From: an uncultured Verrucomicrobiae bacterium
GTDB taxonomy: Bacteria; Verrucomicrobiota; Verrucomicrobiia; Chthoniobacterales; Chthoniobacteraceae
Assembly (NCBI GenBank): GCA_963836755.1
Contig: CAWIKF010000001.1
Span: forward strand, 480,001 to 544,000
Direction of reading: 5' to 3'
DNA: 64,000 nt
Shown here piece by piece: positions 30,462 through 39,705 of the stretch; within the stretch, counting starts at the first letter, position 1, and every line of letters starts with the position of its first letter. Position numbers and translations under genes: made by a program. The notes under the pieces are model-generated. The model ran no database searches. It was not told where the DNA came from and was given only the letters and a program-made list of their open reading frames with translations.

Positions 30462-30974
30462 GTGACTGCCAACGAAATCATCGCACGCATGCCCGCCGAC
30501 GCCGCAGGGGATCTTTTGGGATTCGTGCTGGAAAAAGAAAAACCGCTTTACAAGGCGACGATCGAAACGCTCGCGAAGCAGCGCAAACTGCGGCCAATTT
30601 TTGTCGAGCGCAAGCCGCGCGCCGAGCGTCACGCGTGGCTGAAGGAAGCGCTCGGGCGCAAGCAAAACGAGGGTGTCGCCGCGCATCTGCTCCAGATCTG
30701 GCTCGTCGGCCAGCACGCAAAATTACTCAGCGATTTTCTCGATGGCCTCGGCATCAAGCACGATGAAAATGGAACGGCCGAGGAATTGCCGCCATCGCCC
30801 GCGCGTCAAAAACTTTTGCCGGTGATCGACCAGCTTTTGCAAAAGCACGACGCGCAAACGGTGCGGATTTATCTGCACACTTTTCGTGCACTCGATGAGC
30901 AGAACTGGACGGCGCTCGCTGAAATCGTCGATACCGATCCGCGGCTGCAATTCGCGGAGCCAGCAGCTGTTTAA
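30462..30974 (+). CDS. Conserved hypothetical protein
   Basis: 170-aa helical ORF with the motif LSDFLDGLGIKHDENG; codon usage like neighbouring core genes. Confidence 0.75.
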   Translation: MTANEIIARMPADAAGDLLGFVLEKEKPLYKATIETLAKQRKLRPIFVERKPRAERHAWLKEALGRKQNEGVAAHLLQIWLVGQHAKLLSDFLDGLGIKHDENGTAEELPPSPARQKLLPVIDQLLQKHDAQTVRIYLHTFRALDEQNWTALAEIVDTDPRLQFAEPAAV

Positions 30975-31921
30975 ATAACCAGCGGTTCGCCTCTTTGCGG
31001 AACGCGCAGCTCCGGCGTGCCGTCGAGCCGTTTCGAAAGATCGATGGGATCGCCGAGACCGACTTCCCGCGGATCGACCTGATACGCCCAGACTTTGAAA
31101 TAAACGAGCTGCGCGCCGCCGTAAATGGTCGCGAACGCGCCATCCACCGCGTCCAGTCCGCACGCGATTTTGACGCGACCGATGCGCGGGACATTAAAAC
31201 GCGCATCAAAAGTGTGCCAGCGATGGCCGACGTAAACTTGAAAATACGCGTGAAAATCCATGGGCGAACCGGGATCGCGAAACGCGACGTCGGGCACGTA
31301 GCCGGTCACGTAGCGCGCCGGAATGTTAAACGTCCGGCAAAGCGCGATCGCCGCATGCGCGAAATCGCGGCAGACGCCGAAACGCTGCGCGATCGTTTCC
31401 GACGCCGAGCGGCACGGATCGCCCGAGCCGAAACGGTATTCCACATTTTTATGCACCCAATCGCAAATCGCCTGCACGCGCCGCAGGCCATGCGGGACGT
31501 GGCCAAAGTTCTGAAAAGCAAAATCGAGCAGCTTGTCGGAATCGCAATATCGGCTCGGAAGCGTGTAGCGAAGCAGGTTTGCGGACAATTGCTCCACCGG
31601 CACCGGCTCATCGATCATGCAATGATCTTCGCGCACCGACGGCACCGAAACGAAAGCATCGTGCCGGATCGTAGTGCGACCGATCGGCAGATTTACGCGA
31701 TGCACGATGTTGCCGTTTTGGTCCTCGTATTCGAGCGAGGAAAGTTTCGGATCAAAAATCAGCTGCTCTTTGTCGATGTATTGCCACGTGTCGAGACGCG
31801 GTTTGATCAGCAAAAAAATCGGCGTCACCGCGCTCGCCTGATACGTGAATTCCAGCCCGCAGCGGATCGTGAGATCGAGTTCGACCTCGTCCGGCCTGAA
31901 TGGAGAATTTGCGTGAATCAT
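30971..31921 (-). CDS. Transglutaminase-like (TGc) family protein
   Basis: YTLPSRYCDSD, GVCRDFAH (catalytic Cys), PARYVTGY and DFHAYFQVY..W.TFDAR (His/Asp) motifs; ATG overlaps the upstream stop (ATGA). Confidence 0.92.
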   Translation of the reverse strand: MIHANSPFRPDEVELDLTIRCGLEFTYQASAVTPIFLLIKPRLDTWQYIDKEQLIFDPKLSSLEYEDQNGNIVHRVNLPIGRTTIRHDAFVSVPSVREDHCMIDEPVPVEQLSANLLRYTLPSRYCDSDKLLDFAFQNFGHVPHGLRRVQAICDWVHKNVEYRFGSGDPCRSASETIAQRFGVCRDFAHAAIALCRTFNIPARYVTGYVPDVAFRDPGSPMDFHAYFQVYVGHRWHTFDARFNVPRIGRVKIACGLDAVDGAFATIYGGAQLVYFKVWAYQVDPREVGLGDPIDLSKRLDGTPELRVPQRGEPLVI

Positions 31922-32544
31922 GATCCCAGCCGCTGGAAAAAATCCACGAAGAGCGGCGCGTATAACGAATCGCGCTCGGGATGATATTGGACGCCTAAAC
32001 AAAATGGATAATCGCGCAGTCGCACCTGCTCGATCACTTCGTCGCTCGCGGACCAGGCTTCAATCTCGAGACCGTCACCGAGCCGATCAATCGCCTGGTG
32101 ATGCGAGCTGTTGACGTTTGCAAAACGATGTGTCGCGTGCTGCGCGAAGCGAAGCGGCTGGATATTTTGCAGTTTTTGCTCCGGCGCATCGTGGCCGCGG
32201 ATGTCGAGATGCAACCTGCCGCCGAGCGCGACGTTGAGCACTTGATGGCCTTTGCAAATGGCGAGCACCGGCTGCCCGGCTGCGAGCGCCGTGCGCACGG
32301 CGTCGAACTCCCATGTATCGCGCGATGGCTCCGGATCCTTGATTACATCAGGGTTTGCGACGGGCTGGTGTAAAAACTCGCGCGAAATATCCGGCCCGCC
32401 CGAAAGCAGCAGCCCGTCCATTTCACTGGAATCAAAGTTCGGATCGCGGCGCGCGTTGAAAACTTCCAGCGCCGGCTGCATGTCGAAAAATCTTTGGAAC
32501 GGCGCCTCGTCGCTTTCACGAATCCATGTGGCCAGTTTCGGCAT
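31918..32544 (-). CDS. Gamma-glutamyl-gamma-aminobutyrate hydrolase family protein (peptidase C26, class I GATase, PuuD-like)
   Basis: DGLLLSGGPDI, LAICKGHQVLNVALGG, VNSSHHQAI and GVQYHPE motifs (Cys-His-Glu triad). Confidence 0.92.
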   Translation of the reverse strand: MPKLATWIRESDEAPFQRFFDMQPALEVFNARRDPNFDSSEMDGLLLSGGPDISREFLHQPVANPDVIKDPEPSRDTWEFDAVRTALAAGQPVLAICKGHQVLNVALGGRLHLDIRGHDAPEQKLQNIQPLRFAQHATHRFANVNSSHHQAIDRLGDGLEIEAWSASDEVIEQVRLRDYPFCLGVQYHPERDSLYAPLFVDFFQRLGS

Positions 32545-32592
32545 TTCGGATTATGCCGCAGGCCGGCTCCGTGCGCGAACGCATTTTTTTAA

Positions 32593-32976
<384 letters not shown>

Positions 32977-33000
32977 GCGCAACAACTTTTTCGCAACCGC

Positions 33001-33858
33001 TTGCACGACTATCTATTGTCGTTGCTCCTCGGCGTCGTCGAGGGCGTCACGGAATTCCTTCCCGTCAGCTCGACGGCGCACCTGCGCATCGCCGAGCAAC
33101 TTCTCGGCATCGGCCTGCACGATGGCTTTTGGAAGATGTATTCCATCGTCATCCAGCTCGGCGCAATCCTCGCCGTGCCGCTCTACTTTCGCGCGCGCAT
33201 CGCGAAGTTTCTCGGGACTTTTCCCCAAGGCGAACGCGGTGATCGCAACGTGCTCACGCATCCGCTGAGCCTCACGCTGCTCGCTTTCGTCGTGACGGCC
33301 GTGCCTGCGTTTTTGCTGACGAAGATCATCGGGAAAAATCTCGAGAGCCTTTATGTGATGGCGACTGCGCTTCTTATCGGCGGCATCGTGATGTGGCTGG
33401 TCGACGCACTTTGCAAAAATCCGCGCGTGACGCACATGGAGGAGATGAGCCTGCCGCAAGCGGTCTGGATCGGTGCGTGCCAGATTTTGTCCGCGGTTTT
33501 TCCTGGCACCTCGCGCTCGATGTCGACTATCGCCGCCGGCCAGCTCGCCGGAATGTCGCGCGCGACCGCGCTCGAGTTTTCGTTTTTTCTTTCGATCCCG
33601 ACGATGATCGTCGCGACCGGCTATGACTTGCTAAAAACCGTGATGCCGCATCATCACGCAGGCGCCGAGGCGATCGCGCCCGTCGCCATTCACGGTCACG
33701 AATGGATCGTGCTCGCGATCGGCTTTGTCGTTTCGTTCATCGTCGCGCTCGGGGTGATTGCGTGGTTTATGAACTGGGTGCGCAGCCGTGGTTTCGCGCC
33801 GTTCGCCATCTACCGCATTCTGCTCGGCGTCGCGCTTTTCGTTTATTTGGTGCGCTAG
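33001..33858 (+). CDS. uppP: Undecaprenyl-diphosphate phosphatase
   Basis: GVVEGVTEFLPVSSTAH, IQLGAILAV, PGTSRSMSTI and EFSFFLSIP motifs; TTG start. Confidence 0.95.
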   Translation: MHDYLLSLLLGVVEGVTEFLPVSSTAHLRIAEQLLGIGLHDGFWKMYSIVIQLGAILAVPLYFRARIAKFLGTFPQGERGDRNVLTHPLSLTLLAFVVTAVPAFLLTKIIGKNLESLYVMATALLIGGIVMWLVDALCKNPRVTHMEEMSLPQAVWIGACQILSAVFPGTSRSMSTIAAGQLAGMSRATALEFSFFLSIPTMIVATGYDLLKTVMPHHHAGAEAIAPVAIHGHEWIVLAIGFVVSFIVALGVIAWFMNWVRSRGFAPFAIYRILLGVALFVYLVR

Positions 33859-33882
33859 TTCAGCGAGCGACGCAAAAAAAAA

Positions 33883-34032
33883 TTAGCCGGCGAATGCGCG
33901 GCGAAGCTCCGCGATGTCGAGCTTCTTCATCGTGAGCAATGCCGCAAAGGCGAGCTGAACTTTGGTCGGATCGGGATCGGCAAACATTTCCTCCATGCCG
34001 CGCGGCGTGACTTGCCATGAGAGGCCAAATTT
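33883..34032 (-). pseudogene. 3' remnant of a PhnB/VOC (3-demethylubiquinone-9 3-methyltransferase-like) gene
   Basis: Minus strand reads KFGLSWQVTPRGMEEMFADPDPTKVQLAFAALLTMKKLDIAELRRAFAG*, matching the C-terminal KFG.SWQ..P...MKK.DIA.L pattern of this family; the N-terminal two thirds are missing. Confidence 0.75.
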
Positions 34033-34126
34033 AAAGCTTTTCCAATTAGGACTTGCCACGAATCGGAGTCACTTTTATTCCATACGAACTCTCGCCATTT
34101 CGCGTCAGGATTCCCTTCCATCAGCC

Positions 34127-35230
34127 ATGAAAATTTCAGCTCTCGTTCTTTCGTCGTCTTTCAAACTTTGCGCCGTCGGCATTGCGCTTTGCAGCGCCTC
34201 TGTCACGAGTCACGCCGAGGAGCCGACAAAAACTTTCATCGATTACTTTTTGCCGACACCCATCGTCGGCCCGCTCTCAAAGGACGCGTGGGGCGCGGCG
34301 GCTGTCGGCCCGCGTGATCCAAAGAATGGTCTCGAGGATTCGACGATGAAGAAGTGGGATTATTGGGACGGGAAAATCATCAAAGGTCCGGACGGGCGCT
34401 ACCACATGTTCGCGAGCCGCTGGGATCAAGCGCTCGGGCATTATGCGTGGCACACGTCGAAGGCGGTGCACTCTGTCAGCGATAACTTGATCGGGCCTTA
34501 CATCGAGAAGGGCCTCTGCTGGCCGGACGACGAGGGCGGTAAAGGCCACAACGTCACGGCGCTCGTGCTGCCGGATGGACGTTACGCCGTGGTCGTCAGT
34601 GAGACGCGGCCTGGCGATGTTTTTGTTTCCAAGTCACTCGACGGACCATGGGAGCATCTCGGGAAAATCACGGTAGCGCCGGGCGAGTTCAGCACTCTGG
34701 GCCGCATGTCGAATGTCAGCGTGATGGTGCGGCCCGATGGAGACTTTGAAATCGTGCCGCGTTCGGGCGCAATCATGATCAGCAAAAGCGGCATCCTCGG
34801 CCCTTACGTCGTCCAAGGTCCCAGCATTTATCCAAACTTGCCGGGACTGCCGCAGGTGAAATTGCACGCGCTGGAGGATCCGGTTGTCTGGTTTAGCGGC
34901 GGCCTTTACCACGTCGTCGTCAATAACTGGGACGAGCGGAAAGCGTATCACCTCACGTCAGTGGATGGGATTCACGACTGGAAATTCCGTGGCCTCGCCT
35001 ACGATCCGACGAAGGATTTCATACGCTACACGGACGGCACCGTGAATCATTGGAACAAACTCGAGCGGCCGAATGTCTACATCGAAGATGGACACGTGGT
35101 CGCCGTTACGCTCGCGGTTATCGACGTTCCGAAAGATGCAGAAAAAGGCAACGACGGGCACGGGAGCAAAGTCATCGTGATCCCGTTCGATGGGGCAGCG
35201 ATGGATCGCGAGCTCAAAGCTGCGAAGTAG
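34127..35230 (+). CDS. Secreted five-bladed beta-propeller glycoside hydrolase (GH43-like)
   Basis: Signal peptide ending in SHA; WDGKIIKGPDGRYHMFASRW, GHN, EDPVVW and KLERP motifs. Confidence 0.78.
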   Translation: MKISALVLSSSFKLCAVGIALCSASVTSHAEEPTKTFIDYFLPTPIVGPLSKDAWGAAAVGPRDPKNGLEDSTMKKWDYWDGKIIKGPDGRYHMFASRWDQALGHYAWHTSKAVHSVSDNLIGPYIEKGLCWPDDEGGKGHNVTALVLPDGRYAVVVSETRPGDVFVSKSLDGPWEHLGKITVAPGEFSTLGRMSNVSVMVRPDGDFEIVPRSGAIMISKSGILGPYVVQGPSIYPNLPGLPQVKLHALEDPVVWFSGGLYHVVVNNWDERKAYHLTSVDGIHDWKFRGLAYDPTKDFIRYTDGTVNHWNKLERPNVYIEDGHVVAVTLAVIDVPKDAEKGNDGHGSKVIVIPFDGAAMDRELKAAK

Positions 35231-35236
35231 TTTTCT

Positions 35237-35485
35237 TTAAACTCTCCGCGGGGTGCGCCCGACGAAAAAGTAGATCAGCGCGCCGAGGATGTGCAGGAAG
35301 AAAATCACGAGAAGCCAGATGATTTTCTCCACGGCTTCCCGCGAGCTGGTGAGGCAATCAATCAGCATCCAGATCCAGAACACCGAGGCGAGCAGCGCGA
35401 GGAGCAGCATGACCAAACCGAAGCCGGCAAATCCAGCGCCAAGCGCCCGCGCGCCAGCATCCTGTGCGAGAAAGAATACGTTCAT
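35237..35485 (-). CDS. PLDc_N (phospholipase D nuclease N-terminal) domain membrane protein
   Basis: FWIWMLIDC...KIIWLLVIFFLHILGALIYFFVGR pattern. Confidence 0.85.
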   Translation of the reverse strand: MNVFFLAQDAGARALGAGFAGFGLVMLLLALLASVFWIWMLIDCLTSSREAVEKIIWLLVIFFLHILGALIYFFVGRTPRRV

Positions 35486-35554
35486 GAAGGCCGAGTCTGT
35501 GCGGCGGCCTGCGGCAAAGCAAGCTCGCTAAAATCGCGCCCAAATCCCGCGCGC

Positions 35555-35818
35555 CTAGTTGTCGGTGCGGTCGGAGCCGTGCTGCTTCACGAGCTTGTTG
35601 TAAATGCCAAAGAGAAGAAACGGCGCGACCCATTGGCCGACGAAAAGTGCGTTGTGAGTCTTGCCGAGAATGCGCATCACCATCGAAGCGGCTATTGAGC
35701 CGAGCGCCAGCCAGAGAAAAGTATCGGATGGCAGCTTCGCGGTTTGTTCTTCAATGGCGCGAGCGATTTCTCCCTCGCGATGGTCGTGACGGCTTGGCTT
35801 GGTGGTGGTGGAAATCAT
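35555..35818 (-). CDS. Small conserved membrane protein
   Basis: IEEQTAKLPSDTFLW...ALFVGQW..PFLL.GIYNKLVK..GSD pattern typical of a small conserved hypothetical family. Confidence 0.8.
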   Translation of the reverse strand: MISTTTKPSRHDHREGEIARAIEEQTAKLPSDTFLWLALGSIAASMVMRILGKTHNALFVGQWVAPFLLFGIYNKLVKQHGSDRTDN

Positions 35819-35873
35819 AACGATGAGGATTCGCTGGAACCGTGGCGCGTGGTTGTAAAATCAAACTCGAAAC

Positions 35874-36248
35874 TCAAAGTCCGCGCGGCGGGCTCACATA
35901 GGATGTGGGACTGGCGGACGGGACGGCGAGACGTGGGCTCGCACTTGGTGAAAAGTGCGGGCTCGATGAGGCGGTTGACACGGGCTTGTCAGTGCGGCGG
36001 GAAAGTTCGATCCAACTGTAACCGGCTGGGCGATCCGCAGTCGGCCAAAGGAGCCAGCTCTGGCCAGTGGCGGTGTCGAGCAGGACAGGATTGTCGGCGT
36101 GAGTGCCGCCTTTTTCGACGGAACTCAGACCGGACGCGGTATTGGAGATCTGCCACCGAGCGGTGGGAACCGCGGGGGGATCAGTCGCTGGTTTGCATGC
36201 GCCGAGGCTGGCGAGCGTGCTGAGGAGCAGGAGTCTTTGCCGCTTCAT
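35874..36248 (-). CDS. Hypothetical lipoprotein
   Basis: MKRQR + hydrophobic stretch + LGAC lipobox; Ser/Pro-rich tail. Confidence 0.65.
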   Translation of the reverse strand: MKRQRLLLLSTLASLGACKPATDPPAVPTARWQISNTASGLSSVEKGGTHADNPVLLDTATGQSWLLWPTADRPAGYSWIELSRRTDKPVSTASSSPHFSPSASPRLAVPSASPTSYVSPPRGL

Positions 36249-36275
36249 ACGTAATCCAATTCTCCCGCCCCGCGC

Positions 36276-37847
36276 TTATTCCTGCCGATCGCGAATGAGT
36301 TTAAACTCGAGGCTGTCGGCGAGAGCGAGGTAGCTCGCCTCGATGATGTTGTCAGAAACGCCCACGGTGCCCCAGCTTTCGTGGCCGTCAGTGGATTCGA
36401 TGAGGACGCGAGTCCGCGCGGCGGTGCCGTTTTTTCCGTCGAGGATGCGGACTTTGTAATCCTGCAATTTGACCGCATCGATCTGCGGGTAAAACGATCG
36501 CAGCGCGTCGCGCAGCGCCGCATCGAGTGCATTGACCGGTCCATCGCCAGCGGCCACCGTATAGTGCTCAACCCCATCCACGTGAAGTTTTACGGTAGCT
36601 TCGCAAGTGTTGCAAGAACCTGTTCCGGAACGGCGAAAACTGGTGTGGTATTCGAGCAAATTCCACATCGGTTTGTGATGCTGCAAGGTTTTTTGGATGA
36701 GCAGCGCGAGCGACCCTTCGGCGGCCTCGAATTCGTAGCCGTCGTTTTCGAGCTGTTTTACTCGCGTTAAAATTTCGCTGACTTCCGGCGCTCCTTTTTG
36801 CAAGTCAAAGCCGAGCTCCTTCGCTTTCACGAGAATGTTGCTCTGTCCGGAGAGATCGGAGACGACGGTGATGCGCTGATTACCGATGACGCCGGGATCG
36901 ACGTGCTCGTAACTGCGCGCGAGTTTTTGCACGGCGTGCACATGCTGGCCGCCCTTGTGCGTGAACGCCGCCGAGCCAACGTAAGGCGCGCGGATGTTGT
37001 GCGGCACGTTCGCGAGCTCGTCCACGAAAAGCGAAAGGTCGCGCAGCCGCGCGAGGTCCGGCACGACGGACGTGTCCATTTTTAACTGCAGATTCGCGGC
37101 GACGGTGATGAGGTTGCAATTGCCGACGCGCTCGCCGTAGCCGTTGATGGTCCCTTGCACCTGCACCGCGCCGGCGCCGATCGCAGCGAGCGCATTGGCG
37201 ACGCCGAGGCCGCAATCATTGTGCGTGTGGATGCCGACCGGCACGCCGAGATCGGCGATCACTTCGCGCGTGGTGTCGGCGACAAAATCGGGCAGGCTGC
37301 CGCCGTTCGTATCGCAAAGCACGATCAAGTCCGCGCCGGCTTCACGCGCCGCGCGCACCGTCTTGAGCGAGTAATCGCGGTCTTCCTTATAGCTGTCGAA
37401 AAAATGTTCGGCGTCGTAGATGACTTCGCGCCGGTGCTTTTTCAAATGCGCGACCGTATCGGCGATCATCGCCAGATTTTCCTCAAGCGAAACCTGAAAA
37501 ACTTCCGTCACGTGCAGCGGCCAGGTTTTGCCGACGAGACAGACGACGGGCGTCTCCGCATCGAGTAAAAGTTGCACCTGCGGATCGTCCTCCACTTTTA
37601 ATTTGCCGCGCCGCGTCGCGCCGAATGCCGCGATTTTCGCGTTCTTCCATTGCCGTTTTTTCGCCTCGAGAAAAAACTCGGCGTCCTTCGGATTCGAGCC
37701 CGGAAATCCGCCCTCGATGTAGTGCACGCCGAACGCGTCCAGCTTTTCTGCGACGCGGATTTTATCGACGACGCTGAACGAAATCCCGGTGCCCTGCGTG
37801 CCGTCGCGCAGTGTCGTATCGTAAAGGGTGACCGTCGGTTTTTGCAT
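36276..37847 (-). CDS. cimA: Citramalate synthase
   Basis: YDTTLRDGTQG, IEGGFPGSNPKD, DAEHFFD, CDTNGG, GIHTHND and GYGERVGN motifs; C-terminal regulatory domain GDGPVNALD...WGTVGVS.NII.AS. Confidence 0.92.
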   Translation of the reverse strand: MQKPTVTLYDTTLRDGTQGTGISFSVVDKIRVAEKLDAFGVHYIEGGFPGSNPKDAEFFLEAKKRQWKNAKIAAFGATRRGKLKVEDDPQVQLLLDAETPVVCLVGKTWPLHVTEVFQVSLEENLAMIADTVAHLKKHRREVIYDAEHFFDSYKEDRDYSLKTVRAAREAGADLIVLCDTNGGSLPDFVADTTREVIADLGVPVGIHTHNDCGLGVANALAAIGAGAVQVQGTINGYGERVGNCNLITVAANLQLKMDTSVVPDLARLRDLSLFVDELANVPHNIRAPYVGSAAFTHKGGQHVHAVQKLARSYEHVDPGVIGNQRITVVSDLSGQSNILVKAKELGFDLQKGAPEVSEILTRVKQLENDGYEFEAAEGSLALLIQKTLQHHKPMWNLLEYHTSFRRSGTGSCNTCEATVKLHVDGVEHYTVAAGDGPVNALDAALRDALRSFYPQIDAVKLQDYKVRILDGKNGTAARTRVLIESTDGHESWGTVGVSDNIIEASYLALADSLEFKLIRDRQE

Positions 37848-37897
37848 GGCGGGAACGGTTCTTTTAATCCGCGCCCGCCCGCGATGCAAGCCGGCGA

Positions 37898-38104
37898 CTA
37901 CTCGGCCGTCGAGTGAGCCGCCGCGGTTTCTTCGGCACGGCCGGTCCAGCCGTCATGCGCGCGGCAGACGAGCAGTTGCGTCTCGGCTTGCGCCCAATGT
38001 TCGCGCTCGCGGCCTTCGGGGCGGCCTTCCAATTCCCAAATTAGATATGCGCACGCCGCGATCTGATCGTGTGTTGGCTGCCCCGTCGAGGGGGTCTCAT
38101 TCAT
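37898..38104 (-). CDS. DUF2934 domain protein
   Basis: IAACAYLIWELEGRPEGREREHWAQAE signature. Confidence 0.88.
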   Translation of the reverse strand: MNETPSTGQPTHDQIAACAYLIWELEGRPEGREREHWAQAETQLLVCRAHDGWTGRAEETAAAHSTAE

Positions 38105-38184
38105 AAAAAAACAGCACCATCTATTGAAGCAGAAATCAAGACAGCGCCAGGATCAGCGTCCGGAGAAGAAGGTCAGGAAAAGCC

Positions 38185-38799
38185 TTACCTCACAGGGTTT
38201 TGTTTCCGCACGAGCGCGATCATGACTCCTTGCGACACCAGTTCCTGCGCAGGGATCAAATCGGGATAGCGCGAATTCTCCGCTTTTAAAAAAGGCCGTC
38301 CTTGTTTGACGAGGTAACGCTTCAGCGTCGTCTCGCCATCGATCAGCGCCGCGACGATGTCGCCGTCGCGCGGCTCGCGCATTTCGAGGATCACAGTGTC
38401 GCCATCGAGAATGTGCGCGCCGAGCATCGAATCACCGCGGACACGCAGCGCGAAGGCGCGCGAGTTTTGACCCGCGCCGATCAAGGTTGCGTCGAGTGAA
38501 ATCATCTCATCGCTTTGCTGCTCGGCAAGTGCTGGCATTCCCGCGGCGATGTCGCCGAAAACTGGAATGTCCGCGATCGGCCCGCGATCGAGCATTGACG
38601 CGAGTGCGACCGCGCGCGCCTTTCCCGCCAGCCGCTGGATCACGCCTTTGCGCTCGAGCGCTTTTAGGTGATTGACGGCGGCGGTCTGGCTCGCAAAGCC
38701 GAAATGCTCCTGGATCTCGCGGGTCGAAGGCATGACGCCGCTGCGTTCGAGTTCGCTTTTTAAAAAGTCATAAACTTCCTGCTGGCGCGCGGTGAGCAT
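38185..38799 (-). CDS. lexA: SOS transcriptional repressor LexA
   Basis: LTARQQEV winged-helix domain, IAAG cleavage site, VRGDSM catalytic Ser and TTLKR catalytic Lys. Confidence 0.96.
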   Translation of the reverse strand: MLTARQQEVYDFLKSELERSGVMPSTREIQEHFGFASQTAAVNHLKALERKGVIQRLAGKARAVALASMLDRGPIADIPVFGDIAAGMPALAEQQSDEMISLDATLIGAGQNSRAFALRVRGDSMLGAHILDGDTVILEMREPRDGDIVAALIDGETTLKRYLVKQGRPFLKAENSRYPDLIPAQELVSQGVMIALVRKQNPVR

Positions 38800-38802
38800 A
38801 AA

Positions 38803-38816
38803 TGTTCGCCCGAACA
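38803..38816. promoter_or_regulatory. LexA (SOS) box, Verrucomicrobia type, overlapping the lexA promoter
   Basis: TGTTC-GCCC-GAACA 3 nt upstream of the lexA ATG; overlaps a candidate minus-strand -10 (TAGTGT, 38819-38814) that has TTTACA as -35 at 38841-38836. Confidence 0.9.
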
Positions 38817-38891
38817 CTAAGCACGCATTCTCGATTGTAAAACAAAAATGAGCTTGTCGCGCGCGCGCCTCCTGTTCAAAAACCTCGCCCC

Positions 38892-39641
38892 ATGAACGTG
38901 CTCATCCTTGCCGCCGGCTACGCCACCCGACTTTATCCGCTGACTCACAACAAAGCGAAGCCGCTGCTCGAGGTCGCCGGGAAACCGATGATCGAATGGG
39001 TGCTCGACAATCTCGCACCGATCCCGGACTTGGAAAAAGTTTACGTGGTTACGAACAACAAATTTGCGGCCGATTTCCAAAGCTGGGCGGACGAATATGT
39101 GCGGCGCCAGCCGAAGCTGAAATTCAAAATCGTCAACGACAACTCGACGAGCGATCAGGACAAACTCGGTGCGATCGGGGACATCAACCTCGTGGTCGCG
39201 CGTGAAAATCTCGCGCAGTCCGACCTCATCGTCGTCGCTGGCGACAATCTTTTCAGCGAGCCGCTCGCGGAATTTGCGGAGCAGGCGAAGAAATCAAAAG
39301 CCACGATCGCGACTTATGACGTGGGCGATCTTGAGGCGATCAAGAAGTATAACAACATTGAAACAGACGCCAACGGAGTGGTAACGCACTTTGAGGAAAA
39401 ACCGAAAGAGCCGAAGAGCACAATCACCGGCATCGCGCTCTACTATTTTTCAAAGGAAATCATCCCGATGTTCACCACCTACATCGACGAGGGCAACAAT
39501 CCCGACCAGCCCGGGCGCTTCATTCAATGGCTTTACCAGCGCCAGCCGGTGCAGACTTACCTAGTCAACGGGACGTGGTTCGACATCGGCAGCAAAGAGA
39601 CGCTCGAGGAAGCGAATACGATCTTCGCGAAGTTCGCGTAA
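38892..39641 (+). CDS. Sugar-phosphate nucleotidyltransferase family protein
   Basis: ILAAGYATRLYPLT..KAKPLL, VAGDN, FEEKP and WFDIG motifs. Confidence 0.92.
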   Translation: MNVLILAAGYATRLYPLTHNKAKPLLEVAGKPMIEWVLDNLAPIPDLEKVYVVTNNKFAADFQSWADEYVRRQPKLKFKIVNDNSTSDQDKLGAIGDINLVVARENLAQSDLIVVAGDNLFSEPLAEFAEQAKKSKATIATYDVGDLEAIKKYNNIETDANGVVTHFEEKPKEPKSTITGIALYYFSKEIIPMFTTYIDEGNNPDQPGRFIQWLYQRQPVQTYLVNGTWFDIGSKETLEEANTIFAKFA

Positions 39642-39705
39642 AAGTTCGTGAGATTTTTGCTCGCGAGCATCGACAGCGTGCGCTCGCGTTTGCCAGACTG
39701 AAGCA

